64,000 nucleotides of DNA from Candidatus Gottesmanbacteria bacterium (lineage in GTDB: Bacteria; Patescibacteriota; Microgenomatia; 2-02-FULL-39-11), in the NCBI GenBank assembly GCA_016186795.1, contig JACPKY010000002.1, positions 925,892-989,891 of the forward strand. Direction: 5' to 3'. The position numbers and the translations under genes were made by a program. The notes below the pieces were generated by a model. It was not told the DNA's origin and made no database searches. It saw only the letters and a program-made list of their open reading frames with translations. This document shows, one piece after another, positions 1 through 9,282 of this stretch. The stretch's first letter is position 1. Every line of letters begins with the position of its first letter.

Positions 1-207
1 GACACCGAAGGATACGAAGAATTCCCCGCGTGAATCCCCATATTGTACCATATCGGATTATTGCCTCATACATATATGAAGAACATGAGGGTTGGAACCT
101 ACACGGTGATGATACTCCCAAAATACGGAAAAGATGCTTTGATGATTTTTGATACGTCGTAACTAAAGAAAGCACACTTTTTTGGAAAATCGAAAGAGGT
201 TTTTTCC

Positions 208-555
208 TCATGCCTTTTGTATTGAAGTAAACGTATTTTCCATTAAATTTTTTAATTCGCTTTTCATCTGTGTAAACGATGTATCTTTTGAAAATTTGTG
301 CACTCTTATACAGATATCTTTGTGATTTTGTGCCTGAAGATACTCGGTTCGTATTTCTTCCTCAAGAAAACGACGTATCTTGTTTCTGAAACTCGCACGT
401 TTATCAACTGATTTGGGAATAAGGATAACGAACCGAGGGGTGTTTCGATGAGACTCTTTAGAAATAACAGTAAGGTGCATCGTAGTTTTCTTCCGAGAAT
501 ATTTCTTCGAGTGGAAAAACTCAGGAGCTTTAATACGAAACAATTTTGGAAGCAT
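208..555 (-). CDS. rnpA: Ribonuclease P protein component
   Basis: 115-aa basic protein directly downstream of rpmH on the same strand. KSV..R..RNKIRR-type basic stretch typical of RnpA. Classical rpmH-rnpA pair divergent from dnaA. Confidence 0.6.
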   Translation of the reverse strand: MLPKLFRIKAPEFFHSKKYSRKKTTMHLTVISKESHRNTPRFVILIPKSVDKRASFRNKIRRFLEEEIRTEYLQAQNHKDICIRVHKFSKDTSFTQMKSELKNLMENTFTSIQKA

Positions 556-559
556 GAGG

Positions 560-667
560 TTAAATACTTTGTCGCTTTCTTCCTCGTGCGATCCTTCGTT
601 TAATTACCTTTCGACCGTTATGTGTTCTCATTCTTTGCAAAAACCCATGAACTCTCTGGCGTTTCAT
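560..667 (-). CDS. rpmH: 50S ribosomal protein L34 (35 aa; missing from the ORF track because it is under 60 aa)
   Basis: Manual reverse-strand translation gives [35 protein letters not shown], a good match to the L34 consensus (MKRTFQPS..KR.R.HGFRARM.T..GR.VL..RR.KGRK.L). The stop lies 4 nt before the rnpA start. Confidence 0.8.
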   Translation of the reverse strand: MKRQRVHGFLQRMRTHNGRKVIKRRIARGRKRQSI

Positions 668-780
668 TTTTTTGGGCTGATACGCTCGTTTTGGCATGCG
701 GGTATCATAGCATATTTTCCTTTTTTAGAAAACTGATCCGGTGGGTATACAGAATGTATTACTTCTGTATCCTTGACAAT

Positions 781-809
781 TGTGGATAACTTTCTTAGCA
801 TGTGGATAA
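781..809. promoter_or_regulatory. Two perfect DnaA boxes (TGTGGATAA, the reverse complement of TTATCCACA) at 781-789 and 801-809, overlapping a putative dnaA promoter (TTGACA at 774-779)
   Basis: Exact 9-mers read from the sequence. Their position in the rnpA/dnaA divergent intergenic region is typical of dnaA autoregulation and oriC. Confidence 0.6.
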
Positions 810-863
810 TTCACCCCCTCCGTAGTCTCGATGCAATCGGGACAAAGGAGGATCTATTATCTT

Positions 864-2195
864 ATGGACACTCAAACGCTTTGGCAAATCGTCCTTGCTG
901 ACCTTGAGGTGCAAGTGGGGAAAGTTATGTTCCAGACGTTTCTTTCTCAGACCAAACTTCTGGAATTATCTGATCAAACCGCAACAATCGGTTGTACTCA
1001 GCCATTCCTTTTAAGCCTCATTGAAAAACGGTATTATCCTCTTATTAAAAAAACGCTCGACTCCTATACCAAATTAGATACAACGCTTTTGTTTAAACCC
1101 ATTTCAGGACCTCCAAAAACAACCATCGATGGGCCTCTATTTCATGTAAAACCGCAGCAAAACATGTCCACGTCTCGCGTTAGGCTTCACCCAGAATACA
1201 CCTTTGAAAATTTCGCGGTTTCTTCTTCAAATCAGATGGCATACGCAGCAGCAACCGCGGTATCACAAAAACCAGCCGTATCGTATAATCCGCTCTTTCT
1301 CTATGGTGGGGTGGGCGTTGGAAAAACTCATCTTATGCAGGCAATTGCTCATATTATGATCAAAAACCGCTCTCAAACGAAACTCACGTACTGCACAGGT
1401 GAAGAATTCACCAATGAAATTATTGAAGCGATTGGAAACAAATCAACGGTTTCGTTTAAGAAAAAGTATCGAAATCTCAACCTTCTCCTTATTGACGATA
1501 TCCAATTTATTGCTGGAAAAAATGCCGTGCAGGAAGAGTTTTTCCATACGTTTAATGCAATTCAACAATCTGGCGGTCAAATCATTCTCACATCAGATAA
1601 ACCCCCTGAGGAAATACCTAGACTTGAGGCCCGTTTACAATCCCGTTTCGAAGGTGGGCTTAGTATCGATATTGGGCCTCCGGATTTTGAGCTTCGGACA
1701 GCAATCCTTCTTATTAAAGCGAAACAGCGAGATGTTGCGCTTCCGATTAATCTTGCAAAACTCATTGCAACAAGCGTTGAAAATCCTCGAAAACTTGAAG
1801 GCGTACTCGTCCGAGCTCTTACTGAATCGCAAACACAAGGTGTTCCTTTGGATGAGGATTTAATCAGATCAATACTTGGTAAAACCGCAAAGAAGGTAGA
1901 AAAAACTGCCGTTTCTCCGCAGAAGGCACTCCAGGTTGTTGCTTCATATTACCACCTTACACTCACTCAGCTTAAAGGAGCAAAAAGAGATCGTGCGGTT
2001 AGTCTCCCTCGACAAGTTTTATACTACATTCTTAGGTCAGAACTGAACGTACCACTTGTCGATATTGGAAATATTGTCGGCGGACGAGATCATACAACAA
2101 TTCTTTACGGTGTTAGAAAAATCTCAGATCTTCTACAGGTAAATAAAACAATCAATGGGGATATTTTAGGGATAAAGCAACAACTTCTTGAATAA
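864..2195 (+). CDS. dnaA: Chromosomal replication initiator DnaA
   Basis: Walker A GGVGVGKTHLMQAIAH, LLIDDIQF box, DnaA C-terminal DNA-binding helix-turn-helix. The ORF-track start is 831, but AAGGAGG at about 849-855 precedes the ATG at 864 (MDTQTLWQIV), so 864 is the preferred start. Confidence 0.93.
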   Translation: MDTQTLWQIVLADLEVQVGKVMFQTFLSQTKLLELSDQTATIGCTQPFLLSLIEKRYYPLIKKTLDSYTKLDTTLLFKPISGPPKTTIDGPLFHVKPQQNMSTSRVRLHPEYTFENFAVSSSNQMAYAAATAVSQKPAVSYNPLFLYGGVGVGKTHLMQAIAHIMIKNRSQTKLTYCTGEEFTNEIIEAIGNKSTVSFKKKYRNLNLLLIDDIQFIAGKNAVQEEFFHTFNAIQQSGGQIILTSDKPPEEIPRLEARLQSRFEGGLSIDIGPPDFELRTAILLIKAKQRDVALPINLAKLIATSVENPRKLEGVLVRALTESQTQGVPLDEDLIRSILGKTAKKVEKTAVSPQKALQVVASYYHLTLTQLKGAKRDRAVSLPRQVLYYILRSELNVPLVDIGNIVGGRDHTTILYGVRKISDLLQVNKTINGDILGIKQQLLE

Positions 2196-2372
2196 GTATG
2201 AATAGTATCAACTTATCCACATTTTCGTGGTAAATATCCCCAGAACTATCCACATCTATTGGGGGTCTTTGTACACATGATAAACAGATGGTTTTTCTCA
2301 TCCTTGACTGCTTTTTTGAAATTGCGTACACTTATCAACACTCTCTATAACTAATAATACTATTTACATCTT
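2196..2372. promoter_or_regulatory. dnaA-dnaN intergenic oriC-like segment with DnaA boxes TTATCCACA (2213-2221) and cTATCCACA (2246-2254), followed by an AT-rich stretch
   Basis: Box 9-mers read directly. AT-rich run 2330-2372 is a candidate DNA-unwinding element. Confidence 0.5.
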
Positions 2373-3482
2373 ATGCATTTCTTAGTACTGAAAGAAAATA
2401 TCCAAAAGATATTGACAATTGCAGGTAGAAATATTTCGAATAGACCACAACTTCCTATTCTTTCAAATATTCTTCTTAAAACAGAAAACGGAAAACTTAC
2501 CCTTGCAGTAACAAATCTCGAAATAGGGGTGATTTTCACTATCCCAGCAAAAATTGAAAAAGAAGGAGAAACAACCATTCCAGGGAAACTTCTGACCGAA
2601 TTCGTTTCACTTCTTTCAGCTGAAAAAATAGAGTTTTTATTGGAGGGGACAAATCTTCGCGTACTAACAAATAAAACAAAAGCGTCATTTTCAACAACTC
2701 CCCCAGCAGATTTTCCGCCGTTTCCGAAACCCCCAGAGATAAAAAATATGTTTTCATTTACAAAAATAAAAGACGCACTCACACATACAGTATTTGCAGC
2801 ATCACTTGACGAAGGAAGACCTGTTTTAACCGGAGTGAAAACTGTTGTTTCTAATGGGAAACTTACTCTCTCGGCAACCGACGGATACCGGTTATCGATG
2901 GAAAACGTTGATATTCCCGATAAAAAAGAAGAATTTACCCTGATACTTCCCTCCCAAACATTAACAGAAGTTATGCGTATTGCAGCTGATTTGAAAGTTG
3001 AGGATGTCGGATTTTCAATTATTGAAAATAAAAATCAAGCAGTGTTTACTTTTCCACAGGTTCATGTTTTTACTCGCCTTATTGATGGAGAATTTCCAAA
3101 CGTTGAGAAAATTATTCCAACCATGTTTAAAACAAAAGTGACGGTTGGGAGAGAGGAGCTTTTGCAATCGGTAAAAACAGCATCACTTTTTGCGCGTAGT
3201 GCTGCCAATATTGTGAAGGTAAAAGTTGAAAAAGAAGGTTTACGATTAAGCGCCGTAACTCCGCAGATTGGTGAGGATGAAGATTTCATTGAAACAAAGG
3301 TTGAGGGAGAGGAGGGAGAAATAGCGTTTAACTACCGGTTCCTTATGGATCTTCTCAATAATTTCCCCGAAGAAGAAGTGGTGTTTGAGATGTCTGGACC
3401 ACTTAATCCTGGGGTATTTAAACCCGCATCCGGAAAATCACCATTTCTTCATATTATCATGCCTGTCCGGATACAATCGTAA
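2373..3482 (+). CDS. dnaN: DNA polymerase III beta sliding clamp
   Basis: 369 aa, three-domain clamp architecture, typical N-terminus LTIAGRNISNRPQLPILSNILL, directly downstream of dnaA. Confidence 0.9.
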   Translation: MHFLVLKENIQKILTIAGRNISNRPQLPILSNILLKTENGKLTLAVTNLEIGVIFTIPAKIEKEGETTIPGKLLTEFVSLLSAEKIEFLLEGTNLRVLTNKTKASFSTTPPADFPPFPKPPEIKNMFSFTKIKDALTHTVFAASLDEGRPVLTGVKTVVSNGKLTLSATDGYRLSMENVDIPDKKEEFTLILPSQTLTEVMRIAADLKVEDVGFSIIENKNQAVFTFPQVHVFTRLIDGEFPNVEKIIPTMFKTKVTVGREELLQSVKTASLFARSAANIVKVKVEKEGLRLSAVTPQIGEDEDFIETKVEGEEGEIAFNYRFLMDLLNNFPEEEVVFEMSGPLNPGVFKPASGKSPFLHIIMPVRIQS

Positions 3483-3491
3483 CAACATTTC

Positions 3492-4949
3492 TCAACGAAG
3501 CGTTACTTGTTGATTTGGCGAAAGATAGGTTTGGGTAAACACCGTCCACTCGGCCTCTTTTGGTGAAGTACGAAGTAAAAATGCGCTTTCAAACGTATTC
3601 CAGTTTGAGGATTGGACTGAGGAGATAATTTCTGGGTCAGAGTACGTGTTGCTACTAAAAAGAGACGTTCCTCCTATAACAAGGAGAAATGGGAGAAGAA
3701 CAGCTCCGCTAACAATTCCACCAATGACAAACTTTAACACTTGATCACTAAGACCTCCTGATAAGAAACTAAGAATATCTTTCGCAAGGAGTGCTTCTCC
3801 TAATCCAGGAATCGCTTTTCCAGCAAGATTTGCAAGCTTGCCTAATTTCCCACCAAGACGTCCAAGTTTTGACAACATTGAGCCTTCTTTTCCAAGCCCA
3901 AGGAAAGAGCCTACTCTCTGACCAGCCTCTCTGAAAGCACCGCCGAGGCCTGACTGCGAGATTCCAGATGAGATTGGGTTTATAAATGAGGATATTCGAG
4001 ATTGAATATTTGCTATGAAATCCGACCATCCTTTTTGTAGATTGGCGATAAAAGGGTTTTTTGTAGGTGCTGGACGTGCCACCGGAGGTGGATGAGCGGT
4101 TGGTGCTGGATGAGTAGTGGTTGTCGGTTGTCCGCCTTGGGGTTGTTGTGGTTGATTGGGGGGCGGAGGACCCTTTTTTGGTGATGGATATTCTCGCTTC
4201 AATGTTTCTTTCACCTTTAGTCTTGCCATGTCCATTTTCGCGTTTTCAACGTTTCTGACGTTTTGTGTTTTGGCAACAAACTGAGAACCTTTTTCTTCAT
4301 CCAATGTTTTTACTCGTTCAGCAACAAGCTTCTCTTTCTCTTTTTTGGGCAGATTTTTTGTCGTTGGGTCTTTTTCAATACCATCGACAACTTGTTTTTG
4401 GAGGAATTGTTTTCTTGCTTCAGTTCGCATCGCTTCTTGGAGAGAAATCCCTTCTTCTTTTGCGGTTTTTAGTGCACTTTCTGTTACTTTTTTCATTTGC
4501 TCATCTGAGAATCCATAGACTGACCTCATTCCTTCTGAATAGGATGGAGCAGATGTTTTTCGAATATTGTCTTTTTCGCTATCAAAAATAGTAATCGTTT
4601 TTAGTGCTCGTTTTGCTTTAGCAACTTCTTCCTTTTTATTTTTACCTCGCTGAAGGATTCGTCCGTATCGATCGTGAAGTTGGACGCCGCGAATGACTCG
4701 TTGTCGATATAGTGGATCTTTGAGAAGTTTTTCAGGGTCAATATTTTCAAGAAGTTTTCCTGCGTCGTGAATTTCTAGTCCATGGGTTGCAGCTCCAAAT
4801 GAGGTGGCTAGAAGAGCGAGACCTGAAATTTTGTTTTGCTCACCAAACCCCGATTGCATTGCCTCAATTTGTGCAATTTCCCAGTCAGTTAAGCCTTTAT
4901 ACTCTTCCTGTTCTTGTTCTGACTGTGCTTGTGGAGGTGTTGCAGACAT
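3492..4949 (-). CDS. Hypothetical C-terminally membrane-anchored protein (coiled-coil N-terminal domain, PPPP/QPQ linker, Gly-rich region, one TM helix); last gene of the T4SS-like operon
   Basis: Composition and hydrophobic C-terminal segment (VIGGIVSGAVLLPFLLVIGG). Co-directional and contiguous with the VirB4-like gene. No recognisable catalytic motif. Confidence 0.45.
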   Translation of the reverse strand: MSATPPQAQSEQEQEEYKGLTDWEIAQIEAMQSGFGEQNKISGLALLATSFGAATHGLEIHDAGKLLENIDPEKLLKDPLYRQRVIRGVQLHDRYGRILQRGKNKKEEVAKAKRALKTITIFDSEKDNIRKTSAPSYSEGMRSVYGFSDEQMKKVTESALKTAKEEGISLQEAMRTEARKQFLQKQVVDGIEKDPTTKNLPKKEKEKLVAERVKTLDEEKGSQFVAKTQNVRNVENAKMDMARLKVKETLKREYPSPKKGPPPPNQPQQPQGGQPTTTTHPAPTAHPPPVARPAPTKNPFIANLQKGWSDFIANIQSRISSFINPISSGISQSGLGGAFREAGQRVGSFLGLGKEGSMLSKLGRLGGKLGKLANLAGKAIPGLGEALLAKDILSFLSGGLSDQVLKFVIGGIVSGAVLLPFLLVIGGTSLFSSNTYSDPEIISSVQSSNWNTFESAFLLRTSPKEAEWTVFTQTYLSPNQQVTLR

Positions 4950-5003
4950 AAGGAATCTTTTTGTTTATTTTATTATACGCTGAAATACTAGAGATGCTCA
5001 AAC

Positions 5004-7070
5004 TTATGGAGTCGATGGTGTTGGAGAGGTTATAGGTGCAGGTGACGCTTGACTTGGTTCTGGTTTAGTTGGCGGTGGAGATTGTGGGAATTGGACGTTA
5101 CTTTCAAGCGTTACAGATGATTGTAACGATTGAGGTTCAGAAGTTTGTTGAGTTTCATAGGATGTTTCTTGAGTTTCCTGAGGTTTGGATGTAGCAAGAT
5201 GATGTTCCTCAGATGAAGCAATGACTTGTATAGCAGCATGGGCAGTTCCGGCAAAGAAGAGTCCTTCTCCGACGTTTGCAGAAAGCAAGAAATGCTTTTC
5301 ACCACTTGAGAGGTAGAATACCTCAGCAAGTTTATCTATCGCTGCAGACGATTGTTTAAGGAGGATTTGTAAACTGGAATTGGTGATGATTGCTTTCCCA
5401 TGATCGGTTGAGAGAAAATCTTCCACATCCTGAGTGATGGTTGTTACCCCCAAGAAATATTTTCTTGCCCGTTTGGCAATGCCATAGAGAAAGGTTGCAG
5501 AGTCTGGGTGTTTCATAAGATACCACGCCTCATCAACAACGAGGATACGCTTCTTAACCGACCGTTTTATCTTGGTCCAGATAGAGTCTAGAATAATATA
5601 CATTGCAATTGGACGAAGCTCTTCCTCAAGTTCACGGATGGAAAAAACAGTTAAACGATTTTTCAAGTTCAGATTGGACTGTTGGTTAAATATTCCCGCA
5701 AGGCTTCCTTTGACGAATTTTTCCAACCGTTCCGCTAAATGTTTTGCCGTTTCTTCCTCCATTCCAAGGAGTGTTTTATATAAATCTTCAATAAGGGGCG
5801 GTTCATTTTTTTGCGTTGCCGGATCTGGAGTAATACCTTTCTGTTTGTAGGTAAGGACGAGCGCTCGATCAAGGAGAGCATCTTCCGCAGGGGTCAGTTG
5901 CCCCATGACGACTCGCATCAGGCCGTGGAGGGAAAGAATTTTTAGTCCTAATTCATTTTCTCCCTCCTCAAAAATTCCCGAAAGGTCGAAAGGGTTAATT
6001 TTTACAGGAGAAGTAAAGGAAAATTCAATAAGTTCTCCACCAAGAGCGCGTGTTAGCTCCTTGTATTCACCTTCAGGATCGATAATAAACACCTCTGTTC
6101 CAAAAAGAAGATGCCGCATCGTTTCAAGTTTGACAAGAAAACTTTTTCCGCCACCAGATTTACCAAAGACTACTGAGTTTGAGTTTTCCAAACTAAAGCG
6201 GTCAAAAATAACCAAACTTCCATCATGTTCGTTAATACCGTATAAAATTCCTTCGTTGGCAGTAAGAGATGCTGTTGTAAAGGGAAACGTCGTTGCAAGA
6301 GATGTAGTATCCATGTTTCTGGAAATCCCAAGCTTGTCAACCCCCATGGGGAGTGTTGAGTGGAAACCATCTTCTTGGGAAAGTGTTGCGTGTTTTGGGA
6401 TAATGAGGAGCGCTCCAAGACTTGATTCAACTTCCTTTGAAATGCGGCTTAATTCCTCCATTGATTCTCCTGGAATAGTGACATAGAGACTAAATTGGAA
6501 AAAACGTTCAGCGCCTTTTGCAAGTTGCGCCTGAAGCGCAAGGGCATCATCAAGGGCTACTTGAACCGAAGGATCAACAACTTTCCCCCTCTTCATGTCG
6601 GTTTGGACCGTTGCCTCCATCTCGGCAATTTTCCGCTTCAGATCTTCAAGGATAACTTTTGACTCCGTCGGATAACAAAACATTGAGATAAAAAGGGAAT
6701 GGTCAAACGAGAGAATCGGATGGAGCCAATTTGCTGAAACAAACCGCGGATAGCCCGCGACAAAAAGAGTGCGGTAATAACTATTATTTATTCGAATATT
6801 GTCAAAATCTACCTCAACAAGAGATGGAGCAATGAGGTCTTTAATATTCACCATTCCTTTGGCGAGTGTTTTTGCTGCGTCACGGAGTTTCGTATTCTGC
6901 GCTTGTCCTACCGTTCCTACGACGTGACTTACAGCGTGAGGAGTAGTAGAGTGTGAAACAGGTGGGACATGTGAAGTAATAGGTTTTTGTACAGATCCAC
7001 TCTGAATTGGATGCGGCAGTTGTGTTGTTTGAGTCGGTTGTGGTTTTTTGGAGAAAAACGGCAAATTCAT
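5004..7070 (-). CDS. VirB4/TraE/PrgJ-like type IV secretion (conjugation) ATPase
   Basis: Walker A VVFGKSGGGKSFLVK, Walker B ILVVDEAW, length and domain order of VirB4/CagE/TrbE-family ATPases. About 110-aa Pro/His/Thr/Ser-rich N-terminal leader. Confidence 0.8.
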   Translation of the reverse strand: MNLPFFSKKPQPTQTTQLPHPIQSGSVQKPITSHVPPVSHSTTPHAVSHVVGTVGQAQNTKLRDAAKTLAKGMVNIKDLIAPSLVEVDFDNIRINNSYYRTLFVAGYPRFVSANWLHPILSFDHSLFISMFCYPTESKVILEDLKRKIAEMEATVQTDMKRGKVVDPSVQVALDDALALQAQLAKGAERFFQFSLYVTIPGESMEELSRISKEVESSLGALLIIPKHATLSQEDGFHSTLPMGVDKLGISRNMDTTSLATTFPFTTASLTANEGILYGINEHDGSLVIFDRFSLENSNSVVFGKSGGGKSFLVKLETMRHLLFGTEVFIIDPEGEYKELTRALGGELIEFSFTSPVKINPFDLSGIFEEGENELGLKILSLHGLMRVVMGQLTPAEDALLDRALVLTYKQKGITPDPATQKNEPPLIEDLYKTLLGMEEETAKHLAERLEKFVKGSLAGIFNQQSNLNLKNRLTVFSIRELEEELRPIAMYIILDSIWTKIKRSVKKRILVVDEAWYLMKHPDSATFLYGIAKRARKYFLGVTTITQDVEDFLSTDHGKAIITNSSLQILLKQSSAAIDKLAEVFYLSSGEKHFLLSANVGEGLFFAGTAHAAIQVIASSEEHHLATSKPQETQETSYETQQTSEPQSLQSSVTLESNVQFPQSPPPTKPEPSQASPAPITSPTPSTP

Positions 7071-7747
7071 TATGTAATCCTTCCTAATCCTTCAACGAGC
7101 GGTTTGCCGTATCCTGAAATTTCTCCCAATTTTTCACCTGTCATTGTTGGGTTGTAGAGGTTGTAGAAGATCTCGACAAGCTCTTGTGTCGTAAGTTGTC
7201 TTCCTCGTAGCCCAAACCGATTCAACTGTCGTAGTAAATGATCACGTTTCGGCAAAAGTGATGTTTTTGCACGAGAAAGGATATAGTCTTTGGAAAAAGG
7301 AAGTTTTTTCTTCTTTCCAAATGCCCCTTTTACTCCCAGTTCTAAACTTGAGAAGGAGATGACGATATAAAATCTTTTTTCCAATACTCGGTTTTCTTTG
7401 ACAATTGAGAGGATAAATTCCTTATACCGACGAAGCCTTTCTTTCAAAATAACGTCAACTTGAGTTTCTTCGACCTGAGTTATCAGCTCAATATACGAAG
7501 AAATATCCATCCGCTTGGAAAGAATGACAATTTGAAGAGGAAAAGAGAGAGAGTTCAAAAGCGATGCATAGGCGTAAATAAGCGCATCCTGCTCATCTTC
7601 AGAAAGAAGGCCAAAGTTTACCGCAGTTGTTTCGACAAGAAGCGCCGCGGATCCATCTTGAAGTATAAGAATATCATCGGCGATATCCTCTATTCCTAAA
7701 AAATCTTGTGTTGTTGCTCGAATTGGACTGGAGGTTGGTTGTGCCAT
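7070..7747 (-). CDS. VirB4 N-terminal-domain-like protein (possible split-off N-terminal module of the conjugative ATPase)
   Basis: DFLGIEDIADDILILQDGSAALLVETTAVNFGLLSEDEQDALIYAYASLLNSLSFPLQIVILSKR resembles the conserved N-terminal region of Gram-positive VirB4 homologues. Its stop overlaps the ATPase start (ATGA). Confidence 0.45.
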   Translation of the reverse strand: MAQPTSSPIRATTQDFLGIEDIADDILILQDGSAALLVETTAVNFGLLSEDEQDALIYAYASLLNSLSFPLQIVILSKRMDISSYIELITQVEETQVDVILKERLRRYKEFILSIVKENRVLEKRFYIVISFSSLELGVKGAFGKKKKLPFSKDYILSRAKTSLLPKRDHLLRQLNRFGLRGRQLTTQELVEIFYNLYNPTMTGEKLGEISGYGKPLVEGLGRIT

Positions 7748-7815
7748 ATATATATTATGAAAACTCGCTACACAAAACTCAAATGGCTGGTTATAAATTG
7801 CGGATTTGAGATTTC

Positions 7816-9123
7816 TTACGAATTTACGCTCCCAAATAGTTCTTTTGTGAGTTTTTCGCGCATGAGTTCACGTTCACCCTTTGCCAGGATTTCAATTGGA
7901 GGGAAAATGTTCCCCGAAAGAGTAATTTCAGCGATATCAAAAAAGTACCGCTTCAACGGATCTTCCATTTCCAAATGATATACGCCGTTTGACAATGGGG
8001 TTGCAGTAGAAAACTGGCCAAGCTTATTGGTTTTAAGTGCCCGAAGCGGTGTTCCGTTTTTGTCTTTAATGGTGACAATAATATTGGGAAGGAATTTTTT
8101 CTGCGGATCCTGAATGATCCCCACAATCATATTTGGGTATTGAGGGAAAGTCGCACCGATTTCTTTGGCTGTTGACGTTTGGGCGATCGTTTGGATTGTT
8201 GGTGGTTTTACCTCTTTCAACGCTGTTGGTGTCACAACTTCTGGCTGTTTGAGTTTTGCCAATTCTTCATGGAGACGTTTCAGTTCATTTTCTAGCGCCT
8301 CTTTCTCTTTTGCAATTTGATCCCACTTTTTTTGATAATTTTCCTTCCCCACCATAGGTGCAGTGTTTGTTAGAGGTGGTGAAACAGGATGTGTTTGGGC
8401 AATTGGTGTGGTACCGGCAGATGCAGGGACAGGAGGTTCTTGTGAAGGTTTTTGAGGTGTGGTATTTGGCGATGGCGCAATTGTGCTCTTTTGGGGTGAT
8501 GGACCGATAGGTACGTTTGATTGCAGTTTTTGACTAGGTGCTGAAAGAATTGTTTTGGGGACAGCATGTATTTGGTGAGGTACGGTGTGTGGTCGGCTAG
8601 CAATAACTGTATGAGTGCTGGAAGTGTTGGTATGAGGTTGTGGACCAAAAAGAGAAAGCGTATTTTCAAGATATTTTTTTTCAGCAAGGTTGAGATTTTC
8701 GTGTGGTTTTGAAGGGACAGTTGCCAGATACGCGGCTAGTTTTGATTTCGCTTCATTATGCTGAATGAGGTGTGTTGTGTTTGTGACCTGAATTCTGACA
8801 ACCGATGGTTGAGAAAACATATCGGCAATGATACTTTCCTTATGCCAGAGGTATTGTGTTGGAGAGAAGATGCTTCGTATGAAAGCCAAAAGCCATTTAT
8901 CAAGCGGTCGTTCCTGAATTGGGAGAAACGCAAATGCGACACCGCAAAACCCAAACAGGGCAGCGAGGGGAATATTTATAATCTGTGGAAGCGGTGAGAG
9001 ACGAAAGGTGACATACGCGATGAATGCGCCGCCGGCAAGATATCCGAATTGCCGAAGCGTCATGTCACCGATGAGGTGAAACTCAAAACTTGAAATGTTT
9101 CGAGGGACAGGATGTTGCTCCAT
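7816..9123 (-). CDS. PrgI-family (VirB3-like) membrane protein with a long C-terminal extension (Pro-rich linker, coiled coil, beta-sandwich-like domain)
   Basis: N-terminus FEFHLIGDMTLRQFGYLAGGAFIAYVTF...PLDKWLLAFIRSIF with two hydrophobic helices matches the PrgI-family pattern. First gene of the operon with VirB4. Confidence 0.5.
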   Translation of the reverse strand: MEQHPVPRNISSFEFHLIGDMTLRQFGYLAGGAFIAYVTFRLSPLPQIINIPLAALFGFCGVAFAFLPIQERPLDKWLLAFIRSIFSPTQYLWHKESIIADMFSQPSVVRIQVTNTTHLIQHNEAKSKLAAYLATVPSKPHENLNLAEKKYLENTLSLFGPQPHTNTSSTHTVIASRPHTVPHQIHAVPKTILSAPSQKLQSNVPIGPSPQKSTIAPSPNTTPQKPSQEPPVPASAGTTPIAQTHPVSPPLTNTAPMVGKENYQKKWDQIAKEKEALENELKRLHEELAKLKQPEVVTPTALKEVKPPTIQTIAQTSTAKEIGATFPQYPNMIVGIIQDPQKKFLPNIIVTIKDKNGTPLRALKTNKLGQFSTATPLSNGVYHLEMEDPLKRYFFDIAEITLSGNIFPPIEILAKGERELMREKLTKELFGSVNS

Positions 9124-9282
9124 AGATATTTTACTTATCCTATACTAGCGTAAAATGTGAAAAATAGCCTTGCAACTACCATGTAGTAGGTCAAAGTACA
9201 ACGCAACTAGATTAATATTGCGTGAAAAATTTCATTATCGAGTATTGACAGGTGGGATAGGCATTTGGTTAACTAGAACTAT

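Noticed and set aside
1-33. Possible 3' end of a plus-strand gene running into the window ([10 protein letters not shown] stop)
   Set aside because: Only 10 codons visible. Cannot be identified.
1399-1863. Plus and minus ORFs (1399-1863, 1577-1765, 1635-1838) overlapping dnaA
   Set aside because: Entirely inside the well-supported dnaA reading frame or its antisense. No motifs. Typical spurious ORFs.
4263-4591. Plus-strand ORFs antisense to the 485-aa gene
   Set aside because: Low-complexity F/L-rich translation of the antisense of a lysine/glutamate-rich coding region.
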